32,250 nt of DNA from Candidatus Omnitrophota bacterium. Lineage in GTDB: Bacteria; Hinthialibacterota; Hinthialibacteria; JAKQFZ01. The notes beneath the pieces were generated by a model. It made no database searches and had not been told where the DNA came from. It was given only the letters and a program-made list of their open reading frames with translations. Position numbers and translations under genes: made by a program. The stretch is from NCBI GenBank assembly GCA_029558215.1, contig JAKQFZ010000346.1, positions 1 through 32,250 on the forward strand, given 5' to 3'. Within the stretch, counting starts at the first letter, position 1, and every line of letters starts with the position of its first letter. Below are positions 15,359 through 25,696 of this stretch, in pieces.

Positions 15359-16414
15359 TCACCCTTGTTCGAGGTATATCTTGGTTTCTCTTGGAGAGGC
15401 GTAGACCTCAGCGTCTCGGGTAAGATTCAAACGCTGGTATTCCTCACGCGAAATCTCGACATCCACCGATTCTCCCCAGTCGGTGATCAGCTCCACCTTG
15501 ACATAGGGGCCCGCTGGATTGATGTGCCGAACTGAGGCTCGAAAGCATCTGTCTCCGAAGGGCGAGTGATCGAGGATCATCTCGTGCGGTCTGACATAGA
15601 TGCTTGCTGTCTGTCCTTGTGCCTCTGCTGGGAGATCGAAAGCCATATTCCCGACGTGCGCCTTTCCCTCCGAGATCGTGCCGGGGAAGTGATTGACATT
15701 GCCAAGGAATTTGTAGACAAAAGCCGTTGCCGGTTGTTCATAGACTTCGACCGGCGTTCCACTCTGTACCACGGTGCCGTCCTTCATGATCACAACTCGG
15801 TCGGCGACCTCGAGCGCCTCTTCCTGGTCATGCGTGACGAAGACACTGGTGACGTGGATCTCATCATGCAAACGTCGCAACCAACGCCGAAGGCTCTTTC
15901 GAACCTGGGCATCCAACGCGCCGAAGGGTTCATCCAGAAGAAGCACCTTTGGCTCGACCGCCAAAGCGCGTGACAATGCCACACGCTGTCGCTGTCCACC
16001 GGACAACTGTGAAGGATACTGATCCGCAAGCCATTCGAGATGAACCAGCCCCAAGAGTTCCTGCACGCGGTCTTTGATCTCCTGCTCCGAGGGTCGGAAT
16101 CTTTTGGGCTTGACTCTGAGACCAAAGGCCACATTCTCAAACACGGTCATGTGTCGAAACAGGGCGTAGTGCTGAAATACAAAACCGACTCGACGCTCTT
16201 GAACGCGGTGATGTGTTGCGTCTTCACCATCGAACAGCACACGGCCTTCGTCAGCGTTCTCCAGTCCGGCGATAATTCGCAACAACGTGGTCTTCCCACA
16301 ACCTGACGGACCCAGCAGAGCGACCAGATCGCCCTTGGGTACCCGGAGGCTTACGTTATCCAATGCAGTGAACTCACCAAATCTCTTTGTGATGTTGCGA
16401 ACTTCAATGCCCAT
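15359..16414 (-). CDS. cysA: sulfate/thiosulfate ABC transporter ATP-binding protein
   Basis: Walker [10 protein letters not shown], signature [15 protein letters not shown], Walker B LLLDEPF, C-terminal TOBE-like tail. Overlaps the cysW stop by 11 nt. Confidence 0.95.
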   Translation of the reverse strand: MGIEVRNITKRFGEFTALDNVSLRVPKGDLVALLGPSGCGKTTLLRIIAGLENADEGRVLFDGEDATHHRVQERRVGFVFQHYALFRHMTVFENVAFGLRVKPKRFRPSEQEIKDRVQELLGLVHLEWLADQYPSQLSGGQRQRVALSRALAVEPKVLLLDEPFGALDAQVRKSLRRWLRRLHDEIHVTSVFVTHDQEEALEVADRVVIMKDGTVVQSGTPVEVYEQPATAFVYKFLGNVNHFPGTISEGKAHVGNMAFDLPAEAQGQTASIYVRPHEMILDHSPFGDRCFRASVRHINPAGPYVKVELITDWGESVDVEISREEYQRLNLTRDAEVYASPRETKIYLEQG

Positions 16415-17306
16415 CGGTTGCTTCCTCTCGAACTCCTGTCATGCGCCGTCCACTTCGTTCTGACTTCCACTCGACGACCGACTTCAGAGCCAGTGTCACC
16501 AAAGCCAAAAAAGCCAGCAGCGAAGCCACTGCAAAAGCGCCGACGAAGTTGTACTCGTTGTAAAGAATCTCCACATGCAGAGGAACGGTGTTGGTCAGTC
16601 CCCGGATATGTCCCGACACAACCGAGACGGCACCGAACTCACCCATCGCTCGCGCGTTGCAGAGGATGACGCCGTACAAGAGTCCCCATTTGATATTTGG
16701 CAGGGTCACACGGAAAAAGGTCTGCAGTCCCGTGGCACCCAGAACAAGTGCGGCCTCTTCCTCTTCGGTCCCTTGCTCTTGCATCAAGGGAATGAGTTCC
16801 CGAGCGACAAAAGGAAGTGTCACAAACGTGGTGACCAATGCGATGCCTGGTACCGCGTAGACGATCTTGAGATGATGTGCGGAAAGCCAGGGGCCGAGCA
16901 GCCCCTGTGATCCGAATATGAGGATGAAGACAAGTCCCGAGATGACCGGCGAGACAGAGAAGGGAAGGTCAATGAGTGTGATCAAGACCATCTTCCCGCG
17001 AAACTCGAACTTGGCGATCGCCCAAGCGGCAATGATTCCGAACAACGTGTTTAGAGGCACGGCAACCGCCACGGTAATCAGTGTGAGTCGAATGGCGGAG
17101 ATCGTGTCCGAATCTGCAAAAACGACCAGATAAGCTCGCAACCCCTTGGAAAGAGCCTGTGAGAATACGGTTACCAGCGGAAGGATGAGAAAGAAGACAA
17201 GAAAAGAAAGTGCCACCGCAATCAGTGCATACCGAATCACAGGCGGCTCTGTTATTGCCGACTGCGCGATAGGAATCCTGATGTCCTTTGCCTTTCTGTC
17301 CTTCAA
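16404..17306 (-). CDS. cysW: sulfate ABC transporter permease CysW
   Basis: CysW-like multi-TM permease with EAA-type loop (..[22 protein letters not shown]..). The frame has no in-frame ATG near the 5' end. I place the start at TTG 17306 (..AGGAAGAC TTG), giving about 22 aa before TM1. The longest ORF start, TTG 17393, would overlap cysT by 65 nt. The start is uncertain. Confidence 0.85.
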   Translation of the reverse strand: MKDRKAKDIRIPIAQSAITEPPVIRYALIAVALSFLVFFLILPLVTVFSQALSKGLRAYLVVFADSDTISAIRLTLITVAVAVPLNTLFGIIAAWAIAKFEFRGKMVLITLIDLPFSVSPVISGLVFILIFGSQGLLGPWLSAHHLKIVYAVPGIALVTTFVTLPFVARELIPLMQEQGTEEEEAALVLGATGLQTFFRVTLPNIKWGLLYGVILCNARAMGEFGAVSVVSGHIRGLTNTVPLHVEILYNEYNFVGAFAVASLLAFLALVTLALKSVVEWKSERSGRRMTGVREEATDGH

Positions 17307-17328
17307 GTCTTCCTGCCTTGATCGGATC

Positions 17329-18162
17329 TCATTGTTCGCTGAAGCGCTGTGCAGTCTTCCACTGGATGATGTTGATGAGCAATAGAAGCACAAAGGATGC
17401 GACCAACATCATCGCTGCCAGCGTGGCAGCGCCCGCGAAGTCAAACTGCTCCAGTTTCGCTATGATGAGAAGCGGTGCTATTTCTGTTCTCATGGGCATG
17501 TTTCCGGAGATAAAAACCACCGAACCGTATTCACCCAGAGCTCGCGCGAATGCAAGTGTGAACCCTGTCAGAACTGCGGGTTGAAGACAGGGGAAGACGA
17601 CTTTCCAAAACGTTTGCCAGCGCGTTGCACCCAAGCACGCGGATGCTTCTTCGACTTCTGCCGCCAGATCCTGAAGTACTGGTTGAACGGTTCTGACGAC
17701 AAACGGCAGTCCAATGAAAGTCAGTGCAACCGTGATGCCCAGAGGCGTGAAAGCCACCTTGATGCCCAACGGTTCAAGCAGGCTTCCCATCCAGCCGTTC
17801 TTCGAATAGATGGCGGTCAATGAGATACCGGCAACTGCTGTCGGCAGTGCGAAAGGCAGATCCACAAGGGCGTCAATGAATCTCTTTCCAAACACTTCGT
17901 AGCGTACCAGAACCCAGGCAACAAGCAGTCCGAATATGGCGTTGATAGCAGCCGCAATGAGGGATGTGAGGAAGGTCAGTCGCAATGAAGCAATCACGCG
18001 CGGCGAACTGATTATCTGTCCAATCTCCCGCCAGCCGAGCGTTGCTGTCTTCACAAAGAGAAAAGACAAGGGAATGAGAACCAGGAGACACAGATAAGTC
18101 ATCGCCAGACCCATCGTCAAGCCGAATCCTGGGATGACACTGTTCTTCTTGATCCTGCTCAT
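17329..18162 (-). CDS. cysT: sulfate ABC transporter permease CysT (CysU)
   Basis: [18 protein letters not shown].. matches the CysT N-terminus. EAA loop ..[21 protein letters not shown]... Start at Met28 of ORF 17329..18243 (ATG 18162, GGAG 7 nt upstream). Confidence 0.9.
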   Translation of the reverse strand: MSRIKKNSVIPGFGLTMGLAMTYLCLLVLIPLSFLFVKTATLGWREIGQIISSPRVIASLRLTFLTSLIAAAINAIFGLLVAWVLVRYEVFGKRFIDALVDLPFALPTAVAGISLTAIYSKNGWMGSLLEPLGIKVAFTPLGITVALTFIGLPFVVRTVQPVLQDLAAEVEEASACLGATRWQTFWKVVFPCLQPAVLTGFTLAFARALGEYGSVVFISGNMPMRTEIAPLLIIAKLEQFDFAGAATLAAMMLVASFVLLLLINIIQWKTAQRFSEQ

Positions 18163-18249
18163 CGAGCGCTCCAAAGATCCTTGAGGACGGACACAGGATT
18201 TGATTCTTCCTGTGTCCGTCCCGCTTCGAAAACCATGAAACAAGAACCG

Positions 18250-19263
18250 CTAACTGCCGGGCTGGTAAATCTGGTCAAAAGTTCCCCCATCGCTAAAGTG
18301 TTCCTGTTGTGCTTTCTTCCATCCTCCGAAAGTCTGGTCAATTGTGAACATCTTGATGTCGGGGAACTGCTCCTTGTACTTATCGGCAACCGACTGAAGC
18401 CGGGGTCTGTAGTAGTGACGAGCGGCAATATCCTGTCCCGTTTCTGAGTACAGGAACCGAAGATACGCTTCGGCAATCTCAGTCGTACCATGCTTCTTGG
18501 CATTCTCAGTGACAATAGCGACAGACGGTTCTGCCAGGATGCTGACGCTCGGAATCACCAGTTCGACTTTGTCCACGCCGATCTCACGCAAGGCCAATAG
18601 CGCCTCGTTCTCCCAAGCGAGAAACACATCGCCGATTCCGCGCTGCACAAATGTCGTTGTCGCGCCACGAGCTGCTGAGTCCAGCACGGGAACATTCTTG
18701 AACAGTGCCTTCATGAAGTCGGTGATTTTCTCTTTGTCACCGCCAAACTTCTCTGAGGCGTGTCCCCAGGCGGCAAGGTAGTTCCAGCGCGCCCCGCCCG
18801 AGGTCTTCGGGTTGGGAGTGATTACCTCAATTCCAGGTTTCACCAAATCGTCCCAGTCTTTGATTCCCTTGGGGTTTCCTTTGCGCACCAGAAAGACAAC
18901 TGTGGAAACATAGGGTGAGCTGTTGTCGGGAAGCAAGGTCTGCCAGTTCTCCGGAAGCAGTTTTGCCTTTTCAACAATGGCATCAATGTCATAGGCGAGG
19001 GCAAGGGTGACAACGTCAGCTTCGAGACCACCGATGACGGCACGAGCTTGCGAACCGGAACCACCGTGCGACTGTCGAAGTGTCAGTTGGACACCAGTCT
19101 TTTCCTTCCAGTATGCACCAAAAGCCTGGTTAAACTCCTGGTAGAGTTCTCTCGTCGGATCATAGGAAGCGTTCAGAAACTCCGCCTGCGCCAGAGCGAC
19201 CTGACCAAGCATCACTCCGACAAACATCGCAACGAACACACTGACTGCCGAACCTCTCTTCAT
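18250..19263 (-). CDS. sbp: periplasmic sulfate-binding protein
   Basis: Signal peptide, then [47 protein letters not shown], which is closely Sbp/CysP-like. Confidence 0.9.
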   Translation of the reverse strand: MKRGSAVSVFVAMFVGVMLGQVALAQAEFLNASYDPTRELYQEFNQAFGAYWKEKTGVQLTLRQSHGGSGSQARAVIGGLEADVVTLALAYDIDAIVEKAKLLPENWQTLLPDNSSPYVSTVVFLVRKGNPKGIKDWDDLVKPGIEVITPNPKTSGGARWNYLAAWGHASEKFGGDKEKITDFMKALFKNVPVLDSAARGATTTFVQRGIGDVFLAWENEALLALREIGVDKVELVIPSVSILAEPSVAIVTENAKKHGTTEIAEAYLRFLYSETGQDIAARHYYRPRLQSVADKYKEQFPDIKMFTIDQTFGGWKKAQQEHFSDGGTFDQIYQPGS

Positions 19264-19315
19264 GAATTCTGTACCTCATTGTCTGTTTTGCAGAGCCAAA
19301 CTCTATTGTATGTGT

Positions 19316-19331
19316 CGCAGTCGTTGTGCCA
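19316..19331 (-). promoter_or_regulatory. candidate sigma-54 (-24/-12) promoter upstream of sbp: TGGCAC-AACGA-CTGCG
   Basis: The minus strand reads TGGCACAACGACTGCG. GG and GC are separated by exactly 10 nt as in the consensus TGGCACG-N4-TTGCW. The element lies about 55 nt upstream of the sbp ATG (19263). Confidence 0.5.
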
Positions 19332-19400
19332 CTTTCTCGACTAAGAAAGACAATGCTACATTTCACTGATATAGTTGATGTTATGGATCAAAGGCTGAAT

Positions 19401-19415
19401 CTCCAGGCGCTGGAG
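19401..19415. promoter_or_regulatory. perfect inverted repeat CTCCAG-GCG-CTGGAG (possible activator UAS, or weak terminator stem after the activator gene)
   Basis: Read directly from the sequence. The centre lies about 80 bp upstream of the candidate -24 element and about 60 bp downstream of the activator stop. Confidence 0.3.
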
Positions 19416-19474
19416 GGGCGTGAATCTGTAGTTAATGTATCAACACTGTTGCTGTTTTGTAGACACAAGAGTGC

Positions 19475-20476
19475 CTATTTCTTGTGGGCAACTCCGCACT
19501 TCTTCATCAACGCGTGGAAGGTGGTTCGATGAAGTCCTGTCTTGCGGGCAGCGAGACTGATGTTGTTGCCAGAGGCACGCAGCGCCTGTTCCAGGAAGCG
19601 TTGGATCATATCCCGCTCTGCTTGTTCCCGCGCCTCATGGAGCAGTGGCTTCATCTCCTCCCAAGTTGCAGGAACTGCCATCGTCGAAGCATTTCCAGAG
19701 TGAAACGGCATCGGAAGGTGCTCAACTTCGATACGATCGCTGTCACAGAGTATAGCCAGACACTCCACCACATTCTGAAGTTCCCGAATGTTGCCAGGCC
19801 ACGGATAGCGCTGCATCATTTCCAGCACTTCGGGAGAGAATTCCTTCGCACGAACGGGATTTCTAAGCCGAACACGCTCCAGAAAACTGTTTGCCAGTCG
19901 CGGGATGTCTCCAGTTCTCTCGCGCAGTGGAGGAAGATAGATGGGCACCACGTGAAGCCGATAGTAGAGATCGCTGCGGAAAGCCCCCTGCTCGACAAGA
20001 CAGGCAAGATCTTTGTTGGTCGCCGAGATCAGTCGGATATCAACGTGACTTTCCTCAGTGCCACCGACTCTCTTGACATGCCGTGACTCCAGCACACGCA
20101 GCAGTTTGCTCTGGGTTTCCAAACTGATATTTGCCAGCTCGTCAAGGAACAGCGTTCCCTTGTCAGCCAGTTCAAACAGGCCTGGTTTGTCCGCGATGGC
20201 ACCGGAAAAAGCACCGCGGACATGACCGAAGATTTCACTTTCCAGAAGTGCAGGAGCCAGAGCACTGCAATCGCAGGCAAGAAAAGGTTCTTTCTTGCGT
20301 GGACTCAGTTGATGGATCGCCTTGGCCACCATCTCCTTGCCCGTGCCGCTCTCGCCATAGATCAACACGCTACCACTCGTTGGGGCAACGCGGCGGATGA
20401 CCGTGAAGACTTCCGAGATCGGATGACTCTTCCCGATCATCCCTTCAAAACTATGGTGAGTCGAATCGGAATCCAC
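19475..20476 (-). CDS. sigma-54-dependent transcriptional activator (bEBP), AAA+ core plus C-terminal Fis-type HTH, no N-terminal sensory/receiver domain
   Basis: Walker A GESGTGKE, ESEIFGH, GAFSGA (variant of the GAFTGA loop), Walker B TLFLDEL, C-terminal HTH ..ISLAARKTGLHRTTFHALMKK... Only about 15 residues precede the AAA+ core. GTG start 20476 with AAGGA 9 nt upstream. Confidence 0.9.
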   Translation of the reverse strand: MDSDSTHHSFEGMIGKSHPISEVFTVIRRVAPTSGSVLIYGESGTGKEMVAKAIHQLSPRKKEPFLACDCSALAPALLESEIFGHVRGAFSGAIADKPGLFELADKGTLFLDELANISLETQSKLLRVLESRHVKRVGGTEESHVDIRLISATNKDLACLVEQGAFRSDLYYRLHVVPIYLPPLRERTGDIPRLANSFLERVRLRNPVRAKEFSPEVLEMMQRYPWPGNIRELQNVVECLAILCDSDRIEVEHLPMPFHSGNASTMAVPATWEEMKPLLHEAREQAERDMIQRFLEQALRASGNNISLAARKTGLHRTTFHALMKKCGVAHKK

Positions 20477-20498
20477 TATTCAGTGTCCTTGCTCGTCG

Positions 20499-21413
20499 TC
20501 ACTCGTAGGTGGCTCCCACCTGCTTGAGTATGCGTTCGATGTCATCGTCTGTGTAGTACTCGATGACGATCCTTCCCCCGGGTCGCTCCTTGCCCTTCTT
20601 GCCACGTTTGGGGACAAGCGTGACTTTGGTTCCGAGAGCATCTCTCAGCGCTTCCTGAATGCCAAACATATCGGGGGACAGTTTTGGCGATGTTTTATCC
20701 TTGGTGCGGTGCGCTGTAGTCTTGCCAGGTGACTGGGCAAGCGCCTCGGTTTGTCGAACGCTCAGGCCATCGCGGACAATCTGCTTGAGAAGTTCCGTGC
20801 GCTTTATGGGGTTACTGACTGAGAGGAGTGCACGGGCATGACCTGCGGTGATCTCGCCGTTCGCAAGGCATCGCTGCTCGTCCGATGTCAACTCCAGAAG
20901 TCGCAGAGAATTGGCGACGGTACTTCGGCGTTTACCCACTTTCTGGGCAACCTGTTCCTGGGTAAGGCCAAAACGTTCCTGCAGTCTTGCATAGGCAGAG
21001 GCTTCCTCAAGAGGATTGAGATCTTCGCGCTGGAGATTCTCGATGAGCGCCAACTCCAACGTTTCTTCTTCTGTTGCTTCCCACACCACCACGGGAACAG
21101 TCTCCAGCCCCGCCACTTTTGATGCGCGAAGGCGCCGTTCTCCGGCAATGAGTTCGTAACGGCTTGTATCATCGGGATGACGCCGAACGACCAGCGGTTG
21201 CAGAATGCCCCGAGTCTTGATGGACTGAACCATCTCTTCGAGACTCTCCGGGTCGAACGTCTTGCGTGGCTGATTGCGATTGCATTCGATCCGATCGGGT
21301 GTCAGCCAAAGTACGTTGTGTTGATGTACTCTGCCCTCTTCAGATGTTTCGATCTTGGGAGTGGGTGTGTCCAACAATGCGGACAAGCCTCTACCCAACG
21401 CTTTCTTTTTCAT
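20499..21413 (-). CDS. parB: chromosome partitioning protein ParB
   Basis: MKKKALGRGLSALL.., ..NQPRK.F....L.E...SI...G.LQPL.VR.., LIAGERRLRAS (CTP-binding box), HTH segment, C-terminal dimerisation tail. Confidence 0.9.
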   Translation of the reverse strand: MKKKALGRGLSALLDTPTPKIETSEEGRVHQHNVLWLTPDRIECNRNQPRKTFDPESLEEMVQSIKTRGILQPLVVRRHPDDTSRYELIAGERRLRASKVAGLETVPVVVWEATEEETLELALIENLQREDLNPLEEASAYARLQERFGLTQEQVAQKVGKRRSTVANSLRLLELTSDEQRCLANGEITAGHARALLSVSNPIKRTELLKQIVRDGLSVRQTEALAQSPGKTTAHRTKDKTSPKLSPDMFGIQEALRDALGTKVTLVPKRGKKGKERPGGRIVIEYYTDDDIERILKQVGATYE

Positions 21414-22206
21414 GCGCGATTACCTCCATAGCCAATGAGCGGTACGCCTGCGCCGCACTTGATCCGGGAGCGTAGACCGCGATGGGTTGCCCGTGGCTCG
21501 GTGCCTCACTCAGCCGAACACTCCTTGGGATAGCCGTCTCAAAAACATGACGCCCATAGTGATGCCGAATCTCCTCGCCAACTTCCTTGGAAAGGTTGGT
21601 GCGGGCATCTGCCATCGTGAGCACAATTCCCTCCAGACGAAGCGCCGGGTTGAACTCCTGCTTGATCGCCGTAAATGTCCGAAGCAGATCGGTCAGCCCT
21701 TCCATGGCGTAGTATTCGCATTGAACCGGCAGAAGCAGACTGTCGGCAGCCATCAGTGCATTCACAGTCAGCAGTCCCAGAGAGGGCGGACAGTCCATGA
21801 TGACGTAGTCAACATTCGCTTCAGATGAATTGGGTGATGACTTCGACTGAACCGAAACCGAGTACTCGTCGAGCGCTTCTTTCAGGCGAGACTTTCCTTC
21901 GGGCTGTCTGAGAAGAAAGACCTCTGCCTCGGTCGTGTCATTGTTGGACGCCACCAGATCGAGCCCCCGAATCGGCGTCAGACACAGCACGTCGGCAATT
22001 CGGGCAGATTCGCTCAGCACGTTGCGAACGGTCTTCTGAAGGCTATGCCTGTCCAAGCCCAGTCCGCTGGTCGAGTTACCCTGAGGATCTAAGTCCACCA
22101 GGAGCACACGCCTTCCTTCCATGGCAAGATAGCAGGCGAGGTTGACACTTGTGGTCGTCTTTCCGACGCCACCCTTCTGGTTTGCGACAGCAATCTTTTT
22201 GAGCAA
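21391..22206 (-). CDS. parA: chromosome partitioning ATPase ParA/Soj
   Basis: Deviant Walker A IAVANQKGGVGKTTT, ..LLVDLDPQGN.., DYVIMDCPPSLG. TTG start 22206 follows GAGGAG. Overlaps parB by 23 nt. Confidence 0.9.
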   Translation of the reverse strand: MLKKIAVANQKGGVGKTTTSVNLACYLAMEGRRVLLVDLDPQGNSTSGLGLDRHSLQKTVRNVLSESARIADVLCLTPIRGLDLVASNNDTTEAEVFLLRQPEGKSRLKEALDEYSVSVQSKSSPNSSEANVDYVIMDCPPSLGLLTVNALMAADSLLLPVQCEYYAMEGLTDLLRTFTAIKQEFNPALRLEGIVLTMADARTNLSKEVGEEIRHHYGRHVFETAIPRSVRLSEAPSHGQPIAVYAPGSSAAQAYRSLAMEVIAHEKESVG

Positions 22207-22238
22207 AATTCGAGACTCCTCAACAATATCCGAGAAAC

Positions 22239-22251
22239 GCTATCAGATAGC
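22239..22251. promoter_or_regulatory. perfect 6-1-6 palindrome GCTATC-A-GATAGC about 35-45 nt upstream of parA
   Basis: Read directly from the sequence. Its position is compatible with a promoter-proximal operator. Function unknown. Confidence 0.25.
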
Positions 22252-22302
22252 ACGTTTGGCGAGCAAGCGCAAATGAGGGTAGCGGTATTTGCCATAGGCC
22301 TT

Positions 22303-22322
22303 GTGACAGTGCCAACTGTCAC
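22303..22322. repeat. perfect hairpin/inverted repeat GTGACAGT-GCCA-ACTGTCAC in the parA/ntpA divergent spacer
   Basis: Read directly from the sequence. 8-bp arms with a 4-nt loop and no U-tract. Confidence 0.3.
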
Positions 22323-22510
22323 GCCTGCACGCACTGGCCTGCCCAGAATGACCCAATGAGTAGATTCTGATGGCTATCACGAATGCCACGTCAACTCTTG
22401 TTCCGTTTCCCCCGGACGCGCAAGTGTGCTATTCTTCTCTAAAAGGGCACAAGTCCTTTGCCGGAATCTATTCATGAACAGAGAAGCGACTCCACAATGG
22501 GAGATGGAAT

Positions 22511-24280
22511 TTGAAGCAGATCATTGGAACAGTGAGCCGGGTCAGTGGGCCTGTTGTGCAGGCTGAGGGTGTGACCCAAGCGCACATGTTGGAACTGGTT
22601 GAAGTGGGTGACGATCATCTGCTCGGTGAGATTATGCGCCTGGATCGTAATCGAGCCACGATTCAAGTCTATGAGGAGACGACCGGATTGAGGCCGGGCG
22701 CTCCTGTGTTTGGCACCGGCGCACCTCTTTCGGTTGAACTAGGCCCCGGACTTTTGGGCAACATCTATGACGGTGTGCAAAGACCTTTGGAAGCGCTCAG
22801 AAATGCGAGTGGTCACTTCATTCAGCGTGGCACTCAGGCTCCTTCCCTGGACCGTGAGAGGCGCTGGCATTTTGTTCCTCGTGCAGACAAAGGGCAAGCC
22901 GTCTCCAAAGGAACGCTCCTTGGAGTCATACCGGAGACGCATCTGATCGAGCACCGAGTCTTGGTGCCTCCTGACATGACGGGAACGCTGTTGAGCGTTG
23001 CTGTCGAGGGAGACTACCGGGTTGAGGACACGATCGCGGAAGTTCAAACGCAGGCGGGCGTGCAAAAGATCAGCCTCATCCAGCGGTGGCCTGTTCGCGT
23101 CAGCAGACCCTCTGCGGGGCGGCTTCGTCCCGACACTCCTTTGGTCTCCGGGCAGAGAGTCATTGACACGTTGTTCCCAATTGCCAAGGGTGGTGCGGTT
23201 GCTATTCCCGGTGGTTTTGGAACCGGCAAGACGATGACCCAACATGCCATTGCCAAATGGTGTGATGCTGAAGTCATCGTTTATATCGGCTGTGGTGAAC
23301 GTGGCAACGAGATGACGGATGTTCTGATGGAATTCCCCAAGTTGCAGGATCCTCGTTCCGGTCGTCCGCTGATGGAGCGAACGATTCTGCTGGCAAATAC
23401 CTCGAATATGCCTGTTGCCGCCCGTGAAGCCAGTATCTACACAGGCATCACTCTTGCAGAGTACTACAGGGACATGGGCTATGACACCGCGATCATGGCA
23501 GATTCGACTTCGCGTTGGGCTGAGGCGTTGCGAGAGCTCTCAGGTCGAATGGAAGAGATGCCTGCCGAGGAAGGCTTTCCTGCCTATCTGCCCACGAGGT
23601 TGGCGGAGTTCTATGAGCGCGCGGGCAGATTTGAGACTCTTTCGGGGCAGAAGGGATCCATCACGATCATTGGTGCTGTTTCACCCCCAGGTGGAGATTT
23701 GTCAGAGCCGGTTACACAGCACACCAAGCGCTTCATCAGAGGCTTCTGGGCTTTGGATCGGGAACTGGCAAATGCACGACACTATCCGGCAATCAGTTGG
23801 ATGGACAGCTACAGTGAATACGTGGATGAAGTCACCCATTGGTGGGAAGAGAACGTTGCGTCGGACTGGCATGAGAACCGGCGTCTTATGATGGATTTGC
23901 TCCAACAGGAAGACCGTCTTCAGAAAGTGGTCAAACTTGTTGGAGCGGACGTTCTGCCCGACGCCCAGCGTTGGGTTCTGGAAGTGTGTCAGATTTTTCG
24001 GAATGCCTTTCTTCAGCAGAATTCCTTTGACAAGGTGGATATGTTCTGTGTTGCTCAGAAGCAGGCGAAGATGCTGTCAATCATCACCAACCTGTACCGT
24101 CAAGGTGTTGCCAACATCCAGAAGGGCGTGACCTATCTGAACCTGCGCAAGTCCAAGGTCATCCCCAAAATTGCCAAGATGAAAAGTACCATTACCAACG
24201 ATCAGTTGGCTGAATTGGACAAGATAGATACCGAGATGGAGCGTTCCATGGAGCGCCTGGGAGCAATCTATGAATCCTAG
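22511..24280 (+). CDS. ntpA: V/A-type ATP synthase catalytic subunit A
   Basis: P-loop GGFGTGKT, ..[14 protein letters not shown].., ..[25 protein letters not shown].., ..PPGGD.SEPVTQ... 589 aa including the A-specific insert. TTG start 22511. Confidence 0.95.
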   Translation: MKQIIGTVSRVSGPVVQAEGVTQAHMLELVEVGDDHLLGEIMRLDRNRATIQVYEETTGLRPGAPVFGTGAPLSVELGPGLLGNIYDGVQRPLEALRNASGHFIQRGTQAPSLDRERRWHFVPRADKGQAVSKGTLLGVIPETHLIEHRVLVPPDMTGTLLSVAVEGDYRVEDTIAEVQTQAGVQKISLIQRWPVRVSRPSAGRLRPDTPLVSGQRVIDTLFPIAKGGAVAIPGGFGTGKTMTQHAIAKWCDAEVIVYIGCGERGNEMTDVLMEFPKLQDPRSGRPLMERTILLANTSNMPVAAREASIYTGITLAEYYRDMGYDTAIMADSTSRWAEALRELSGRMEEMPAEEGFPAYLPTRLAEFYERAGRFETLSGQKGSITIIGAVSPPGGDLSEPVTQHTKRFIRGFWALDRELANARHYPAISWMDSYSEYVDEVTHWWEENVASDWHENRRLMMDLLQQEDRLQKVVKLVGADVLPDAQRWVLEVCQIFRNAFLQQNSFDKVDMFCVAQKQAKMLSIITNLYRQGVANIQKGVTYLNLRKSKVIPKIAKMKSTITNDQLAELDKIDTEMERSMERLGAIYES

Positions 24281-25673
24281 CGCATCAACTGCCCCTGAGA
24301 CGGGTATTCAGTACGTTGGGCTTGAGAAGGTTGACGGTCCCTTGGTTGTCATCAAGGGCATCCACAACATCGGATGGGGAGAACTCGTCGAAGTTGAGGA
24401 TAGTTCCGGCAGGCTTCGGATGGGTAATGTTTTGGAAGCATCTGATGGTGCCGCAATCATTCAGGTTTTTGACGGTACCTACGGACTCCAGATGAACCGC
24501 ACCAAAGCGCGTTTTACAGGTGAGTGTCTTCGAATCCCCGCCTCGGAACAGATGCTCGGCAGGGTCTTCAACGGATTGGGTCAGCCTCAGGACGGGGGAC
24601 CGCCCCCCATCACCAAGGCACGTTGGGATGTCAATGGACTGCCCATCAACCCGACGGCACGCGACTATCCAAGGAAGTATATCCATACGGGCATCTCAGC
24701 GATCGACGCTCTGAACACGCTTGTTCGCGGACAGAAACTGCCCATCTTTTCTGGTAGTGGTATTGCCCACAACACCTTGGCGGCGCAGATCGTTCGACAG
24801 GCCAGAATCGTGGGGGAAGACCTTCAGTTTGCTGTAGTGTTTGGGGCGATGGGCATCAAACATGACGTGGCGCGCTTTTTTATGGACAGTTTCGAGTCCA
24901 GCGGCGTTATGGAAAAAGTGGTGGTGTTCCTGAATCTGGCGGACGATCCGCCCATTGAGCGCATCATCACTCCACGCGCAGCTCTGACCGTGGCGGAGTA
25001 CCTGGCTTTTGAAGCCGATATGCATGTGCTTGTCATTCTGACAGACATGACCAACTACTGCGAATCGTTGCGTGAAGTCTCAGTCGTTCGTGGAGAGATT
25101 CCCAGTCGCAAAGGGTATCCAGGTTACCTTTACAGTGACTTGGCGAGCCTTTACGAACGTGCTGGTATGATCAAAGGCAAGACAGGTTCCATCACTCAGA
25201 TGCCACTGTTGACAATGCCCAACGATGACATTTCCCATCCCGTATCGGATTTGTCGGGATACATCACCGAAGGGCAGATCGTTCTCGATCGTGAACTGCA
25301 TCAGAAGGGTGTGTATCCACCCATTGCCTGTCTCCCGTCTTTGTCCAGACTGATGAAGGACGGGATTGGGCCTGGGATGACGCGTGACGATCACGCTCCA
25401 GTGGCGAGTCAGCTTTTTGCGGCGTATTCTCATGTCAAAGACATTCGGGCGTTAGCGTCCGTTATTGGTGAAGAGGAACTGGCTCCTTTGGACAAGAAAT
25501 ATATGGAGTTCGGAGTTGCTTTTGAATCCAGATTCCTCGCCCAGAGTTCCACCGAGTCTCGATCCATGGATGAGACACTGGATCTAGGATGGAGTGTTCT
25601 TTCGATTCTTCCGCGAGAGGAGCTCTATCGGATTCCTGACGAGATGATCGCGAAGCATTACGGGAGGCATTGA
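24270..25673 (+). CDS. ntpB: V/A-type ATP synthase subunit B
   Basis: ..[32 protein letters not shown].., ..GYPGYLY.DLA..YERAG.., ..[20 protein letters not shown]. Overlaps ntpA by 11 nt. Confidence 0.95.
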   Translation: MNPSASTAPETGIQYVGLEKVDGPLVVIKGIHNIGWGELVEVEDSSGRLRMGNVLEASDGAAIIQVFDGTYGLQMNRTKARFTGECLRIPASEQMLGRVFNGLGQPQDGGPPPITKARWDVNGLPINPTARDYPRKYIHTGISAIDALNTLVRGQKLPIFSGSGIAHNTLAAQIVRQARIVGEDLQFAVVFGAMGIKHDVARFFMDSFESSGVMEKVVVFLNLADDPPIERIITPRAALTVAEYLAFEADMHVLVILTDMTNYCESLREVSVVRGEIPSRKGYPGYLYSDLASLYERAGMIKGKTGSITQMPLLTMPNDDISHPVSDLSGYITEGQIVLDRELHQKGVYPPIACLPSLSRLMKDGIGPGMTRDDHAPVASQLFAAYSHVKDIRALASVIGEEELAPLDKKYMEFGVAFESRFLAQSSTESRSMDETLDLGWSVLSILPREELYRIPDEMIAKHYGRH

Positions 25674-25696
25674 GGATTTCTGGGAGTCGCTGAGAA

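Noticed and set aside
17307-17393. Long TTG-started 5' extension of cysW that overlaps cysT by 65 nt
   Set aside because: The extension ([16 protein letters not shown]..) is not CysW-like. An internal TTG with an AGGA-type RBS gives a normal-length N-terminus. This remains uncertain.
22371-22387. TGGCTATCACGAATGCC upstream of ntpA, resembling a sigma-54 promoter
   Set aside because: GG and GC are 11 nt apart rather than 10, and the -12 region lacks TTGC. I do not consider it a functional -24/-12 element.
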